A stretch of 47,974 nucleotides of DNA from Jeotgalicoccus sp. (GTDB lineage Bacteria; Bacillota; Bacilli; Staphylococcales; Salinicoccaceae), in the NCBI GenBank assembly GCA_052093725.1, contig JBQDHL010000001.1:9911-57884 (forward strand), given 5' to 3'. The notes beneath the pieces are model-generated. The model was not told the DNA's origin. It did not search any database and saw only the letters and a program-made list of their open reading frames with translations. A program made the translations under genes and the position numbers. Positions 21,646 to 32,607 of the stretch are shown here, one piece after another (within the stretch, counting starts at the first letter, position 1; each line of letters begins with the position of its first letter).

Positions 21646-22836
21646 ATGTCACAAAAATTAGAACAGTATTTACAATCGAATTTAGAGTATTTGAAGGACA
21701 CCGGCTTATACAATGAAATAGATGTAGTAGAAGGTGCAAACGGTCCTGAAATTACAGTAGCGGGCAAGAGCTTAATTAACCTATCTTCAAATAACTATTT
21801 AGGTCTTGCGACGGATGAAAAATTGAAAGCAGCAGCGATAGAAGCAATTAAATCACATGGTGTCGGCGCAGGTGCAGTACGTACAATCAACGGTACACTC
21901 GACCTTCACGTGGAACTGGAAAATACGCTTGCAGAATTCAAAGGAACTGAAGCAGCAGTTGCTTTCCAATCAGGTTTCAACTGTAATATGGCAGCAATTC
22001 AAGGTGTCATGAATAAAGAGGATGCAATTTTATCTGATGAATTAAACCACGCATCAATTATCGACGGGTGTCGTTTGTCACGTGCTAAAGTTATCCGTGT
22101 AAACCACTCTGATATGGATGATCTTCGTGCTAAAGCAAAAGAAGCAGTGGAATCAGGTCTCTATAAAAAAGTAATGTACATTACAGACGGTGTATTCTCA
22201 ATGGACGGCGATGTTGCGAAACTTCCTGAAATCGTTGAGATCGCAAAAGAATTCGACTTAATTACATATGTCGATGATGCGCACGGTTCAGGTGTAATGG
22301 GCAAAGGTGCAGGTACAGTTAAGCACTTCGGCCTTGAAAAAGAAATCGATCTTCAAATGGGTACTTTATCGAAAGCAATTGGTGTTGTCGGAGGCTATGT
22401 AGCCGGCTCACAGGACTTAATCGATTACCTTAAAGTTGCGGCACGTCCGTTCTTATTCTCGACGTCATTAACGCCGGGAGATACGAAAGCAATTACTGAA
22501 GCGGTTAAAACTTTAATGGCTTCAACTGAACTCCATGATAAATTATGGGAAAACGGTGACTATCTTAAAGCCGGACTGAAAGATTTAGGCTTTGAAATCG
22601 GCAACTCGGAAACACCGATTACACCTTGTATAATCGGTGACGAGAAAAAAGCACAGGAATTTTCAAAACGTCTGAAAGAAGAAGGCGTTTATGCAAAATC
22701 AATCGTCTTCCCAACGGTACCTAAAGGTACGGGACGCGTAAGAAACATGCCAACTGCGGCACACACGAAAGAAATGCTCGACAAAGCACTTGAAATTTAC
22801 GCTAAAGTCGGTCGTGAAATGGGAATTATTAACTAA
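21646..22836 (+). CDS. kbl: Glycine C-acetyltransferase (2-amino-3-ketobutyrate CoA ligase)
   Basis: [30 protein letters not shown] (PLP lysine); paired with an SDR-type tdh. Confidence 0.88.
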   Translation: MSQKLEQYLQSNLEYLKDTGLYNEIDVVEGANGPEITVAGKSLINLSSNNYLGLATDEKLKAAAIEAIKSHGVGAGAVRTINGTLDLHVELENTLAEFKGTEAAVAFQSGFNCNMAAIQGVMNKEDAILSDELNHASIIDGCRLSRAKVIRVNHSDMDDLRAKAKEAVESGLYKKVMYITDGVFSMDGDVAKLPEIVEIAKEFDLITYVDDAHGSGVMGKGAGTVKHFGLEKEIDLQMGTLSKAIGVVGGYVAGSQDLIDYLKVAARPFLFSTSLTPGDTKAITEAVKTLMASTELHDKLWENGDYLKAGLKDLGFEIGNSETPITPCIIGDEKKAQEFSKRLKEEGVYAKSIVFPTVPKGTGRVRNMPTAAHTKEMLDKALEIYAKVGREMGIIN

Positions 22837-22867
22837 ACACAAACTTTTTGAATAAGGGGAAACAATC

Positions 22868-23824
22868 ATGGAACGAATTATAGTTACAGGGGCGCTCGGT
22901 CAAATTGGAACAGAGTTAACCGTTAAATTAAGAGAAATTTACGGTGAGGACAATGTTCTGCCGACTGATATTAAAGAGCCTGTGAATTCACCACTAGAAG
23001 ACAAGGCCTTCAAAATTTTAGATGTTACAGATTATGAAGCGATGGAACGAACAGCAAAAGAATTTAAAGCGGATACGATTATGCACCTGGCTGCACTTCT
23101 GAGTGCAACATGTGAAAAAGATCCAATGCTTGCATGGAATATTAATATGGGCGGGCTGGTTAATGCACTTGAAACAGCGCGCACTCTTAACATGCAGTTC
23201 TTTACACCAAGTTCAATCGGTGCATTCGGTCCAACAACGCCGAAAGAAAATACACCGCAAACGACAGTACAGCGTCCGACGACGATGTACGGGGTAAACA
23301 AAGTATCGGGCGAACTGCTGTGCGATTACTACTTCGAAAAATTCGGAGTAGACACTCGCGGAGTACGTTTCCCTGGTCTAATCTCACACGTAAGAGAGCC
23401 GGGAGGCGGCACGACGGACTACGCTGTAGAAGTTTATTTCGAAGCGGTTAAGAACGGCAAGTACACATCATTTATCAGCAAAGATACGTTTATGGACATG
23501 ATGTACATGGACGATGCGATTCAGGCGATTATTGATCTGATGGAAGCGGATGGCAGTAAACTTGAAAACCGCAATGCATTTAACGTAACGAATATGAGTC
23601 TCGAGCCGGAAATGGTGGCAGCATCAATCCGCCGTCATTACCCTGACTTCGAACTTACTTACGACGTTGACCCTGTCAGACAGGGCATTGCAGAAAGCTG
23701 GCCGAACAGCATCGATGCATCGGAAGCAAAACGCCAGTGGGGCTTTAATGCATCTTTTGATTTGGACAAGATGACTGATACAATGATAGAAGCGATACAG
23801 GAGAAGAACCAGGCGGGAATTTAA
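22868..23824 (+). CDS. tdh: L-threonine 3-dehydrogenase, extended SDR type
   Basis: [31 protein letters not shown]. Confidence 0.82.
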   Translation: MERIIVTGALGQIGTELTVKLREIYGEDNVLPTDIKEPVNSPLEDKAFKILDVTDYEAMERTAKEFKADTIMHLAALLSATCEKDPMLAWNINMGGLVNALETARTLNMQFFTPSSIGAFGPTTPKENTPQTTVQRPTTMYGVNKVSGELLCDYYFEKFGVDTRGVRFPGLISHVREPGGGTTDYAVEVYFEAVKNGKYTSFISKDTFMDMMYMDDAIQAIIDLMEADGSKLENRNAFNVTNMSLEPEMVAASIRRHYPDFELTYDVDPVRQGIAESWPNSIDASEAKRQWGFNASFDLDKMTDTMIEAIQEKNQAGI

Positions 23825-23857
23825 ATAATGTCCCGTCCGGTTCGTGGAGGGTGACGA

Positions 23858-25057
<1,200 letters not shown>

Positions 25058-25301
25058 GCGTTTGTGAAGTTTTGTGTGAGAAAATATGTCTCTGTCTAAT
25101 CTTCTAATATATCAAGGAAGCAGAAGAAATTATATACAAAATGGGGAAATTCATCATCCATTTAAACCCAAAAATCAGCTATTTCTCCGGATATAGGCCG
25201 CAGTTTTGTAAAAAACGATTATACATGACTGTTTTAAAAGGAAAACGCCATTTTCCCGTATATATAGGGTAAGAGGTACTTTTTATCTTAGAGGAGGAAT
25301 T

Positions 25302-26288
25302 TTGTTGTATTTAAACAAACGAAAGATGCCTATTGAGCTTTTATATTACAATGCACTGTCTTTTAGAAAAAATCTCAACAGTCAGGAAACGTACGAAAAG
25401 GAAAAACTGCAGAAAGGTTATGAAGGTGAGTGTCAATATGATCAGATTTTAGATGAAGTTGGACACGAGAATATCTATGTAATTAGAGATGTCTATCTTA
25501 GAATAGGAAATACAGATACTCAATATGACACGTTAATTATCTCAGAAAATAGAGTAGTTATTAATGAAATTAAAAATTATACTGGAGATTATCGGTATGA
25601 GAGTAACAGGTGGTTTAGAAATAATAAACCAATGAATGATAATGCTTTTGCACAACTGGATAGAGCTAAAGGGAAATTAATGAATTTGATGGATGATGCG
25701 AATTTGCACGTAAAAGTCGAAGCAGCGTTAATTTTTACGAGCGATGACCTCAGGCTAATTTCTGAAGATCAACGCATTTGGAAAGAGGCAATAATGCGGA
25801 ATTATTTAAGGAACTATCTTCGTCAGTTTTACAATGAGCGTTTGGGCAACAAAGCTAAAAGTATAGCGAACACAATTAGAAACTCTGTCGTGGATAACAA
25901 TTATTTTGAAGAATCAGCAGATATTAATCAGCTGCGACGAGGATTGTACTGTGGGGAATGCGGCAGCTTTAATCTGATGAAAAGACGATTCCAGTTTTTT
26001 TGTACCGAATGTGAAACTATAGAAAGCTATGACTCACATTTGCTTCGTGCCATGAATGACTTTAAATATTTGTTTTATAATCAACCGATGACAAAGCGAG
26101 CATTTTCTTATTTTATCAACGAAGAAATTAACAAAAGTACGATGTTTCGTGCCTTTCAGAAGTACTGTCACATAGATAAAAAAGGGAATTATACGACTTA
26201 TACTTTGAAGTATCCGAGCTTGGAAGAAGCATTGGAGATAAATCGCAAAACGCAGCGTTATAAGGACAGATTGGTCAAGAATATGTAG
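25302..26288 (+). CDS. NERD-domain (PD-(D/E)xK-like) nuclease with a C-terminal CxxC...CxxC Zn ribbon
   Basis: KGYEGE, TQYDTLII, NEIKNYTG (Q-x-D...E-x-K-N), AQLDRA, CGECG...CTEC; SD GAGGAGG before TTG; visibly AT-richer than its flanks. Confidence 0.85.
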   Translation: MLYLNKRKMPIELLYYNALSFRKNLNSQETYEKEKLQKGYEGECQYDQILDEVGHENIYVIRDVYLRIGNTDTQYDTLIISENRVVINEIKNYTGDYRYESNRWFRNNKPMNDNAFAQLDRAKGKLMNLMDDANLHVKVEAALIFTSDDLRLISEDQRIWKEAIMRNYLRNYLRQFYNERLGNKAKSIANTIRNSVVDNNYFEESADINQLRRGLYCGECGSFNLMKRRFQFFCTECETIESYDSHLLRAMNDFKYLFYNQPMTKRAFSYFINEEINKSTMFRAFQKYCHIDKKGNYTTYTLKYPSLEEALEINRKTQRYKDRLVKNM

Positions 26289-26296
26289 GATGCATG

Positions 26297-26501
26297 GTCT
26301 GGGAGTTCTATGTAGTTCCTTCATAGGAACCCGTGGCGTCTGGGAATTCTATGAGTCTCCTTCATAGGAACCCGTGGAGTTTGAGAGTTCTATGAGTTTG
26401 ATTCATAGGAATCCGTGGAGTTTAGGAGTTCAATGAGTTTCCTTCATAGGAATCCGCAATGTTTAGAAGTTCTATGATTTCCATTCATAGAACTCCCAAA
26501 A
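26297..26501. repeat. Tandem array of five 41-bp palindromic units
   Basis: Units start at 26297, 26338, 26379, 26420 and 26461. Consensus GTYTRRRAGTTCTATGA-N7-TCATAGGAAYCCGTGGA. Confidence 0.95.
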
Positions 26502-26513
26502 ACCACCCCCAAC

Positions 26514-26544
26514 AAAAAAAGATCGAAACCTAAAGGTTTCGATC
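26514..26544 (-). terminator. Intrinsic terminator of the folE2 operon
   Basis: A7-GATCGAAACC-TAAA-GGTTTCGATC. Confidence 0.85.
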
Positions 26545-26558
26545 CCAATTTCAATAAG

Positions 26559-27437
26559 TTATTTCTGATATTTCAAACGACTGAATGCGTCGTGCTGGTG
26601 GATGCTTTCTTCGTTGCGGCATTCGAGTTCGAAGCCTTTAACCCATTCGAGTTCGACTAAGTCGTATGCAACTAAGCGAATCAGGTCTTCAACGAAACGC
26701 GGGTTTTCGTATGCGCGTTCTGTAACCATTTTCTCGTCTGTGCGTTTTAAAATCGGATAGAGCTGACTTGATGCGTTGATTTCCAGTATTTCGTATAAGT
26801 CTTCTTTATACGTTGCAGGGAGTTCAACACTGTCATCGATATCGATTAAAACTTTAACGTTGCCGCGCTGGTTGTGTGCGCTGTATTCACTGATTTCTTT
26901 TGAGCATGGGCAGAGTGTAGTAACTTGTGCTGTCATACCGAATTGTTTGCGCGTAAATGATTCGCCGTCAAATGCTGCTGAGTAGATAACATCTGCGTTG
27001 GCTACAGCGTTCAGACCTGTACCTGGTGATGGTTTGTTAAAGAACCATTTGCCGTCGACAGTTAATTCTGCTGAGTTTTGCTCCATGCGGTCACGCAGTT
27101 TCGACAGTAGTTCTTTTAATGTATCGAAATCGAGCGGTACGCCGCCTTTATTTACAGTTTCGAGAGATTCGATTAAACGGCTCATGTTGATGCCCTTTTC
27201 ATCTTTTTTGAGGCTGGTTGCCAGCTCGAAATTCCCGACTGACTGGAAATCACCGATTACTACTGGGTAAGTTAAATTATTAATGCCGACAGAGTCGACT
27301 TCAAAAAGGAAGTCTTTACGTGAGTTTTGTAAATCTGCCATATCTTCTTTATTTTTTGGTTTAATGCCTTCAATAGGATCTACTGAACCAAAATGTTTAA
27401 AACGACCTTCTCGCGTCGTCAAGTCAAATTCTTCCAT
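26559..27437 (-). CDS. folE2: GTP cyclohydrolase IB
   Basis: [39 protein letters not shown]. Confidence 0.95.
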   Translation of the reverse strand: MEEFDLTTREGRFKHFGSVDPIEGIKPKNKEDMADLQNSRKDFLFEVDSVGINNLTYPVVIGDFQSVGNFELATSLKKDEKGINMSRLIESLETVNKGGVPLDFDTLKELLSKLRDRMEQNSAELTVDGKWFFNKPSPGTGLNAVANADVIYSAAFDGESFTRKQFGMTAQVTTLCPCSKEISEYSAHNQRGNVKVLIDIDDSVELPATYKEDLYEILEINASSQLYPILKRTDEKMVTERAYENPRFVEDLIRLVAYDLVELEWVKGFELECRNEESIHQHDAFSRLKYQK

Positions 27438-27449
27438 TTATAATGCTCC

Positions 27450-28124
27450 TTAGTCAATTTCGTAACTGTAAAAGTTCTCGTATCTCATCCATCGGTTCCG
27501 TGCATCGTCGCCTTGCTGTGTATCTGCCGCAAGGTCTTCGAGCAATTTACCGGTTTGTGAACGATGGGCTGCCATGACATCCAGTTTCCGTTCTGTAAAG
27601 CCGTCAATATCGATGACAATATCCGGTTCACCGAGATCATCGAAAGTACGATTATCAAACGCCACGAGCTGAAGTGCCGGACGTTTATCTTTAGGCATAT
27701 CAGCCAGTGATTCTATAACAGCATCTGCAGTGGCCTCGTGATCGGGGTGCACTGAGTAGCCGGGGTAGAACGTAATAATACGCGTTGGCTGAAGTTCATC
27801 GATTAAATCGGTAATAACGCCTTTAAGTTTACCATGTTCTTCGAATTCGAGTGTTTTATCTCTGAACCCGAGCAGGCGGAGATCGTCAATACCCATAATG
27901 CGAGCAGACTCTTCGACTTCGGCTTTACGGATTGAGTGCAGCGACTCGCGTGTTGCAAACGGCGGGTAACCAAGGTTACGGCCCATATCGCCAAATGTAA
28001 GACATGCATACGTGACAGGCACTTGTTTCTCTCTGTATTTCATTATTGTTCCACTGACACCGAATGCTTCATCGTCGGGGTGAGGGAAAACAACAAGAAC
28101 GTGATTTTCCTGTGAAAAATCCAT
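27450..28124 (-). CDS. bshB2: Bacillithiol biosynthesis deacetylase BshB2 (PIG-L family)
   Basis: FPHPDDEAFG, GDMGRNLG, HPDH, AHRSQT; yojF-bshB2-folE2 synteny. Confidence 0.9.
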   Translation of the reverse strand: MDFSQENHVLVVFPHPDDEAFGVSGTIMKYREKQVPVTYACLTFGDMGRNLGYPPFATRESLHSIRKAEVEESARIMGIDDLRLLGFRDKTLEFEEHGKLKGVITDLIDELQPTRIITFYPGYSVHPDHEATADAVIESLADMPKDKRPALQLVAFDNRTFDDLGEPDIVIDIDGFTERKLDVMAAHRSQTGKLLEDLAADTQQGDDARNRWMRYENFYSYEID

Positions 28125-28135
28125 GTGATTTCCTC

Positions 28136-28504
28136 CTACTTAAAGAATGGTTGTGTTGAAATTTCAAGTGCTGAAGCGAGCTTGCCCTCAGCGTTAAAGC
28201 CGTGCATGATAAATTCCCCGTTTTCGCCTTCAATATAATGCGTTAAACCGAGAACATAAACCCAGCCGCCGTTATCGAGCTTTAATCCGACACGGTGCTC
28301 TTTTGAGCGGTTACCGCCGCGGATTGTAGCCTGAATAAATTCTACCTGAATATTGCGGAGGAATGTACCGGCATTAAAAACATTATCATCCAAATGACTG
28401 GCATACATGCCGTTTGTAATTTCAACGTGTAAGTAGACCGGTGTATTTTCGTATGATGTTAATACTTTTTGGACATCCTGCTTTACTATTTTCTTCATTT
28501 CCAT
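28136..28504 (-). CDS. yojF: YojF family protein (likely start 28504)
   Basis: VYLHVEITNGMYASH, AGTFLRN, RVGLK, GWVY. Confidence 0.85.
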   Translation of the reverse strand: MEMKKIVKQDVQKVLTSYENTPVYLHVEITNGMYASHLDDNVFNAGTFLRNIQVEFIQATIRGGNRSKEHRVGLKLDNGGWVYVLGLTHYIEGENGEFIMHGFNAEGKLASALEISTQPFFK

Positions 28505-28566
28505 GAATAGAAAACTCCCATAATCATAATATCGGTTACACATTAAAAGAGATAGCAAGCTATCTC

Positions 28567-29400
28567 TTAGTTCAATACTTTATCTACAACTTCGATTTTT
28601 TCGACTGAATTATACGCACCATGTCTGACAACTCCGACATGCTCGTTCATCTGCCAGCCATTTTTAATTGCGCTGGTAACGAAAGCCTTCGCAAGCTGCA
28701 CAGCCTCAAGCGGCTCTTTGCCATTTGCGAGGTTCGCTGCGATTGACGCAGCAAATGTACATCCTGCACCGTGGTTAAATGCAGTATCGAATTTCTTAGA
28801 TTCAAGAAGATGAAGTTCACTGCCATCGTAAAAAACGTCGATAGCCGAATCGCCTTCGATGCCCGTGCCGCCTTTAACGACAACGTAGTTTGCGCCTTTA
28901 GCGTGAATTAATTTAGCAGCTTCTTTAATTTCATCAAGAGTGCGCGGTGTTTTAATGCCGGCAAGGTGTCCTGCTTCTACTAAGTTCGGTGTAACGACCG
29001 TGGCATGAGGAATCAGGTTTTCAATCATCGATTCAACAAGTCCCGGGTTTAAAACTTCATCGTCACCTTTACAGACCATGACCGGGTCAACGACGAAATG
29101 TTTCGCATTTGAGTTTAAAAATGCGTCCTTCGAAAGTTCTACAACTTCTTCTGAAGGCAGCATTCCAGTTTTAATTACATCGGGATTTAAAGATAATGCT
29201 GTTTCGAGCTGATTTTTAACATCTTCTATTGGGATTGGGCTCACGCGGTGAGACCAAGTTGACGGTTCCATTGATACTACAGTTGTTAATACACTGAAGC
29301 CGTATGTTTCGTGCTCCTGGAAAGCCTTTAAATCTGCTGCGATTCCAGCGCCTCCGCTCACATCTGTACCGGCTATAGTTAACGTTTTTGCAAGTGCCAT
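28567..29400 (-). CDS. pdxK: Pyridoxal/hydroxymethylpyrimidine kinase (ThiD/PdxK family)
   Basis: LTIAGTD..GGAG, DPVMVCKG, HGAGCTFA; divergent from ung as in staphylococci. Confidence 0.8.
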   Translation of the reverse strand: MALAKTLTIAGTDVSGGAGIAADLKAFQEHETYGFSVLTTVVSMEPSTWSHRVSPIPIEDVKNQLETALSLNPDVIKTGMLPSEEVVELSKDAFLNSNAKHFVVDPVMVCKGDDEVLNPGLVESMIENLIPHATVVTPNLVEAGHLAGIKTPRTLDEIKEAAKLIHAKGANYVVVKGGTGIEGDSAIDVFYDGSELHLLESKKFDTAFNHGAGCTFAASIAANLANGKEPLEAVQLAKAFVTSAIKNGWQMNEHVGVVRHGAYNSVEKIEVVDKVLN

Positions 29401-29502
29401 AATATTGCCCCCTAATTCTACTGATAGATATTGTCATTTTACTATAATCAGCCGTGTAATTCTAGAGCATTGCTTACAACGATGATATAATGAAACTTCA
29501 GT

Positions 29503-30186
29503 ATGGAGGTGCGTGAAAAAATGGCTCATTTAAACTGGGAAGATATCTTCCGGGACATTACAAATAATCACGATTTTACAACGATGAGACAGACGTTAAA
29601 TGAACGTTACAGAAGCGGTGAAGTGTATCCGCCTGAAGAAGAGGTGTACACTGCATTTAAATTAACGCCGTTCAACGGCATTAAAGTGGTAGTTTTAGGT
29701 CAAGATCCGTATCACGGCAAAGGGCAGTCGCACGGACTCGCATTTTCAGTAAATGAAGGTATTAAAATCCCGCCGTCACTAAGAAACATATATAAGGAAC
29801 TTGAAAGCGACCTCGGTGTTGTCAGAACGACCGGTAATTTATCAGACTGGGCGCGTGAAGGCGTCTTATTATTAAACACAGTGCTGACAGTGGACGCAGG
29901 CGATGCAAACTCGCACCGCGGACTTGGCTGGGAGCAGTTTACGGATGATATTATCCGCACGATTTCTGAAAATCACGAACATGTGGTTTTTATCTTGTGG
30001 GGAAAACCGGCACAGCAGAAAATTAAATTAATCGATACAGATAAGCATAAAGTTATTACGTCGGTGCATCCGAGTCCCTTGTCATCTTACAGAGGCTTTT
30101 TTGGATCAAAACCGTTCAGCCAGACGAACGATTATTTAGAATCGGTTGGAAGAGGCGCAATAGATTGGAGCGAACAGCATGAATAA
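29503..30186 (+). CDS. ung: Uracil-DNA glycosylase (start may be 29521)
   Basis: GQDPYH, PPSLRN, LLLN, HPSPLS. Confidence 0.97.
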   Translation: MEVREKMAHLNWEDIFRDITNNHDFTTMRQTLNERYRSGEVYPPEEEVYTAFKLTPFNGIKVVVLGQDPYHGKGQSHGLAFSVNEGIKIPPSLRNIYKELESDLGVVRTTGNLSDWAREGVLLLNTVLTVDAGDANSHRGLGWEQFTDDIIRTISENHEHVVFILWGKPAQQKIKLIDTDKHKVITSVHPSPLSSYRGFFGSKPFSQTNDYLESVGRGAIDWSEQHE

Positions 30187-30424
30187 GAGGATTGCTGCGG
30201 AATTAAAAAACGAACTGAGCTTTATAGAAGCGGGCATCGATGTGGAAAAGCATGCTTATGCTATGCAGAGGCTGCTTGAGCTGCTGTCAGATTCACAGAG
30301 TGAAGACTCGGTGCCTGAGGCCGCTAAATTAGAAGAAAATGTGACAATACACCGTACGCCTATTGCAAAAACTCAGGCAGACGAGGATGATGACGGTAAC
30401 GGCAAAGATATATTTGATTTTTAA
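30179..30424 (+). CDS. YwdI-like small acidic protein
   Basis: Ends in [10 protein letters not shown]; lies between ung and the DUF423 gene. Confidence 0.7.
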   Translation: MNKRIAAELKNELSFIEAGIDVEKHAYAMQRLLELLSDSQSEDSVPEAAKLEENVTIHRTPIAKTQADEDDDGNGKDIFDF

Positions 30425-30442
30425 TGGAGGGCGTTTCACTTA

Positions 30443-30709
30443 ATGAAAGTATTCATCATCGTGGGTTCAGTGTTTTTCATTCTTTCATTTGTGCTCGGCA
30501 TGTATAAAGAAAAACTGCGGGAAGAGCATAAAAAACCATGGAGTAAAGCTCTGAAATATATCAGGTATATCTCACTGGCACTGCTGTTTGCAGGTCTCGT
30601 GTATGTACCGGAAGTACAAATATTAAAATTCGGCGGATGGCTGCTTATTTTCAGTCTTATACTTTATTTAAGTTCGCTGTATCTTATTTTTATTAAAAAC
30701 AGAGAGTAA
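30443..30709 (+). CDS. Small membrane protein, diverged DUF423 paralog
   Basis: SD GGAGG; three hydrophobic segments; aligns by eye to the downstream DUF423 protein. Confidence 0.7.
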   Translation: MKVFIIVGSVFFILSFVLGMYKEKLREEHKKPWSKALKYIRYISLALLFAGLVYVPEVQILKFGGWLLIFSLILYLSSLYLIFIKNRE

Positions 30710-30728
30710 AGCGGGGTAAATTAATCAT

Positions 30729-31094
30729 ATGAAATTATTTATTATATTAGGTGCAGTCAATGCATTTATCGCAGTAGCATGCGGCGCATTCGGTGCACAT
30801 TTACTGGAAGGCAAACTGAGCGCGCATTATTTAGACGTTTGGGAAACTGCAGTTAAGTATCAGTTCTATCATGCACTTGGACTCATCGCGATTGGCGTTT
30901 TAATTCAGGTCACAGGCGCACAATTCCTAGTTGCAGCCGGATGGTTCATGACAGCAGGAATCGTCTTCTTTACAGGATCACTTATGGTGCTGGCATTCTC
31001 AGGCATCTCAATCCTCGGTGCAGTAACGCCAATCGGCGGAGTGATGTTCTTAATCAGCTGGGCACTTGTTATTATTGGAATCGCAAAACTATAG
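30729..31094 (+). CDS. DUF423 (YwdK/YgdD) membrane protein
   Basis: GAFGAH, YQFYH, FTGSL, TPIGG. Confidence 0.9.
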   Translation: MKLFIILGAVNAFIAVACGAFGAHLLEGKLSAHYLDVWETAVKYQFYHALGLIAIGVLIQVTGAQFLVAAGWFMTAGIVFFTGSLMVLAFSGISILGAVTPIGGVMFLISWALVIIGIAKL

Positions 31095-31106
31095 TATTTA
31101 TATGTG

Positions 31107-31135
31107 AAGCCGGGACACGTGGTCCCGGTTTTTTT
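31107..31135 (+). terminator. Intrinsic terminator of the ung operon
   Basis: GCCGGGAC-ACGTG-GTCCCGGT followed by a T-tract. Confidence 0.85.
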
Positions 31136-31161
31136 GTGGTGTGTGTGAGGCTACGTGTGGT

Positions 31162-31185
31162 AGTTCGATGAGCTGATGTCATAAG
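31162..31185 (+). repeat. Degenerate solo copy of the 41-bp array palindrome
   Basis: AGTTCGATGA-GCTGATG-TCATAAG versus array AGTTCTATGA-N7-TCATAGG. Confidence 0.55.
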
Positions 31186-31246
31186 GTTCAGGCTCTTTTA
31201 TCAATCTCCTAAAAAAGTCACCATAAAATTAATTCAAATAAAAATG

Positions 31247-31295
31247 TTTACAAATGACGCTATTGGTTATATAGTTATATACATAGATATATAAC
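31247..31295 (+). promoter_or_regulatory. sigmaA promoter with an overlapping palindromic operator for the GntR-ABC operon
   Basis: TTTACA-17 bp-TATAGT; palindrome GTTATATA-N6-TATATAAC at 31274-31295. Confidence 0.65.
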
Positions 31296-31353
31296 CAGAT
31301 GACTTAAGAAGAAAATATAAATAGATTACCGGTTAAGGAAGGGAGGATGCGAT

Positions 31354-31725
31354 GTGTCGAACCTGCTGAATGAGAAAAAGCCGATTTATGAACAAATCAG
31401 AGATTGGCTGGCGGATCAGATTATTGACGAAACGCTCGCTGAACACGATAAAGTACCGTCGACCAATGAGATTGTCACGTATTTTAAAGTGAATCATATA
31501 ACTGTTTCAAAAGGTGTTACAGAACTTGTGGAAAACGGCGTATTATACAAAAAAAGAGGTGTAGGAATGTTCGTGGAAGAAGGTGCACGAAACAAACTGC
31601 TGGCGTCGAGAAGAGAAGGGTTTGTTGAAGAATATCTGAAGCCGATGCTTGAAGAAGCGAGAAAACTAGATTTAACAGAAAGTGATATACAAAAAATGAT
31701 TAATGTAAACGGGAGGGACAAATAA
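31354..31725 (+). CDS. GntR-family (YtrA subfamily) regulator
   Basis: KPIYEQI, VPST, VNHITV, KKRGVGMFV; short C-terminal domain; precedes an ABC ATPase. Confidence 0.9.
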   Translation: MSNLLNEKKPIYEQIRDWLADQIIDETLAEHDKVPSTNEIVTYFKVNHITVSKGVTELVENGVLYKKRGVGMFVEEGARNKLLASRREGFVEEYLKPMLEEARKLDLTESDIQKMINVNGRDK

Positions 31726-32603
31726 TGACTTTAAAAATAGAGAATGTAGATTTAAAAATAAAAAAAGACACGATACTGACGGATATCAGCCTTGAGCTTG
31801 AGGTGGGGAAAATTTACGGGCTGCTTGGACGAAACGGTGCTGGAAAAACTTCATTACTGTCGTTGATTGCATCGTACAGAAAAGTGACCGACGGCAATAT
31901 TACATTGGACGGTAAAAAAGTATATGAGCAGGATGACGTGATGCAGCACATCAACTTCCTGTATAACCCGAAAGAAACGAGTGCAGAAATCGATAAGATT
32001 ACGAAATATATCGAATCCGGCTCCATTTTCCGCAATGATTTCGATAAAGAGTACGCTTACCGTCTGCTTGAAAAATTCGATATCGATACAGACAAAGCAT
32101 ATAGCAAATTATCTCAAGGGCAGCAGGCGGCTGTAACAGCAACGCTTGGTCTCGCATCATTATCGAAAGTAACAATTTTTGATGAAGTGACGAACGGCAT
32201 GGATGCACCGACACGCGAACTGTTTTACAGCGAGGTACTTGAAGCGGCAAACCGCGAGGAACGTATTATTATTCTTTCGACGCACATTATTTCGGAGATG
32301 GAGCACTTATTCGATGAAATTATTATGATTCATAAGGGACAGGTTCTGCTGCAGGAATCAACGTATGAGCTGCTTGAGAAGGGTTATACTGTTGCCGGTA
32401 AAGCGGAAAGAGTCAGAGCATTTACAGAAAATAAAAATGTGATTAATGTAAAATTCTTAGGAGCACTGCAGATTGATACGGTACTCGGCAGAGTGACGCC
32501 GGAGGAAATGGATATCGCAGCAGATGATCATCTGGATATTTCGCCGTTGAAACTTCAGGAAATGTTTATCAGCCTGACGGATAAAAAGAAAGACGGGAAG
32601 TGA
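31725..32603 (+). CDS. ABC transporter ATP-binding protein
   Basis: GRNGAGKT, LSQGQ, IFDE, STH. Confidence 0.92.
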   Translation: MTLKIENVDLKIKKDTILTDISLELEVGKIYGLLGRNGAGKTSLLSLIASYRKVTDGNITLDGKKVYEQDDVMQHINFLYNPKETSAEIDKITKYIESGSIFRNDFDKEYAYRLLEKFDIDTDKAYSKLSQGQQAAVTATLGLASLSKVTIFDEVTNGMDAPTRELFYSEVLEAANREERIIILSTHIISEMEHLFDEIIMIHKGQVLLQESTYELLEKGYTVAGKAERVRAFTENKNVINVKFLGALQIDTVLGRVTPEEMDIAADDHLDISPLKLQEMFISLTDKKKDGK

Positions 32604-32607
32604 TTAA

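Noticed and set aside
25211-25254. ComK-like AT boxes (AAAA-N5-TTTT) upstream of the NERD gene
   Set aside because: Only one perfect box in very AT-rich DNA, which is expected by chance.
26034-26324. 96-aa ORF antisense to the NERD gene as an antitoxin
   Set aside because: It starts inside the repeat array without an SD and is almost wholly a shadow of the NERD CDS.
26297-26501. CRISPR or TIGR-type guide array
   Set aside because: The variable parts are only 7-9 nt and clearly related between units, so they are not unique spacers. No cas or Nop-domain gene was recognised in the window.
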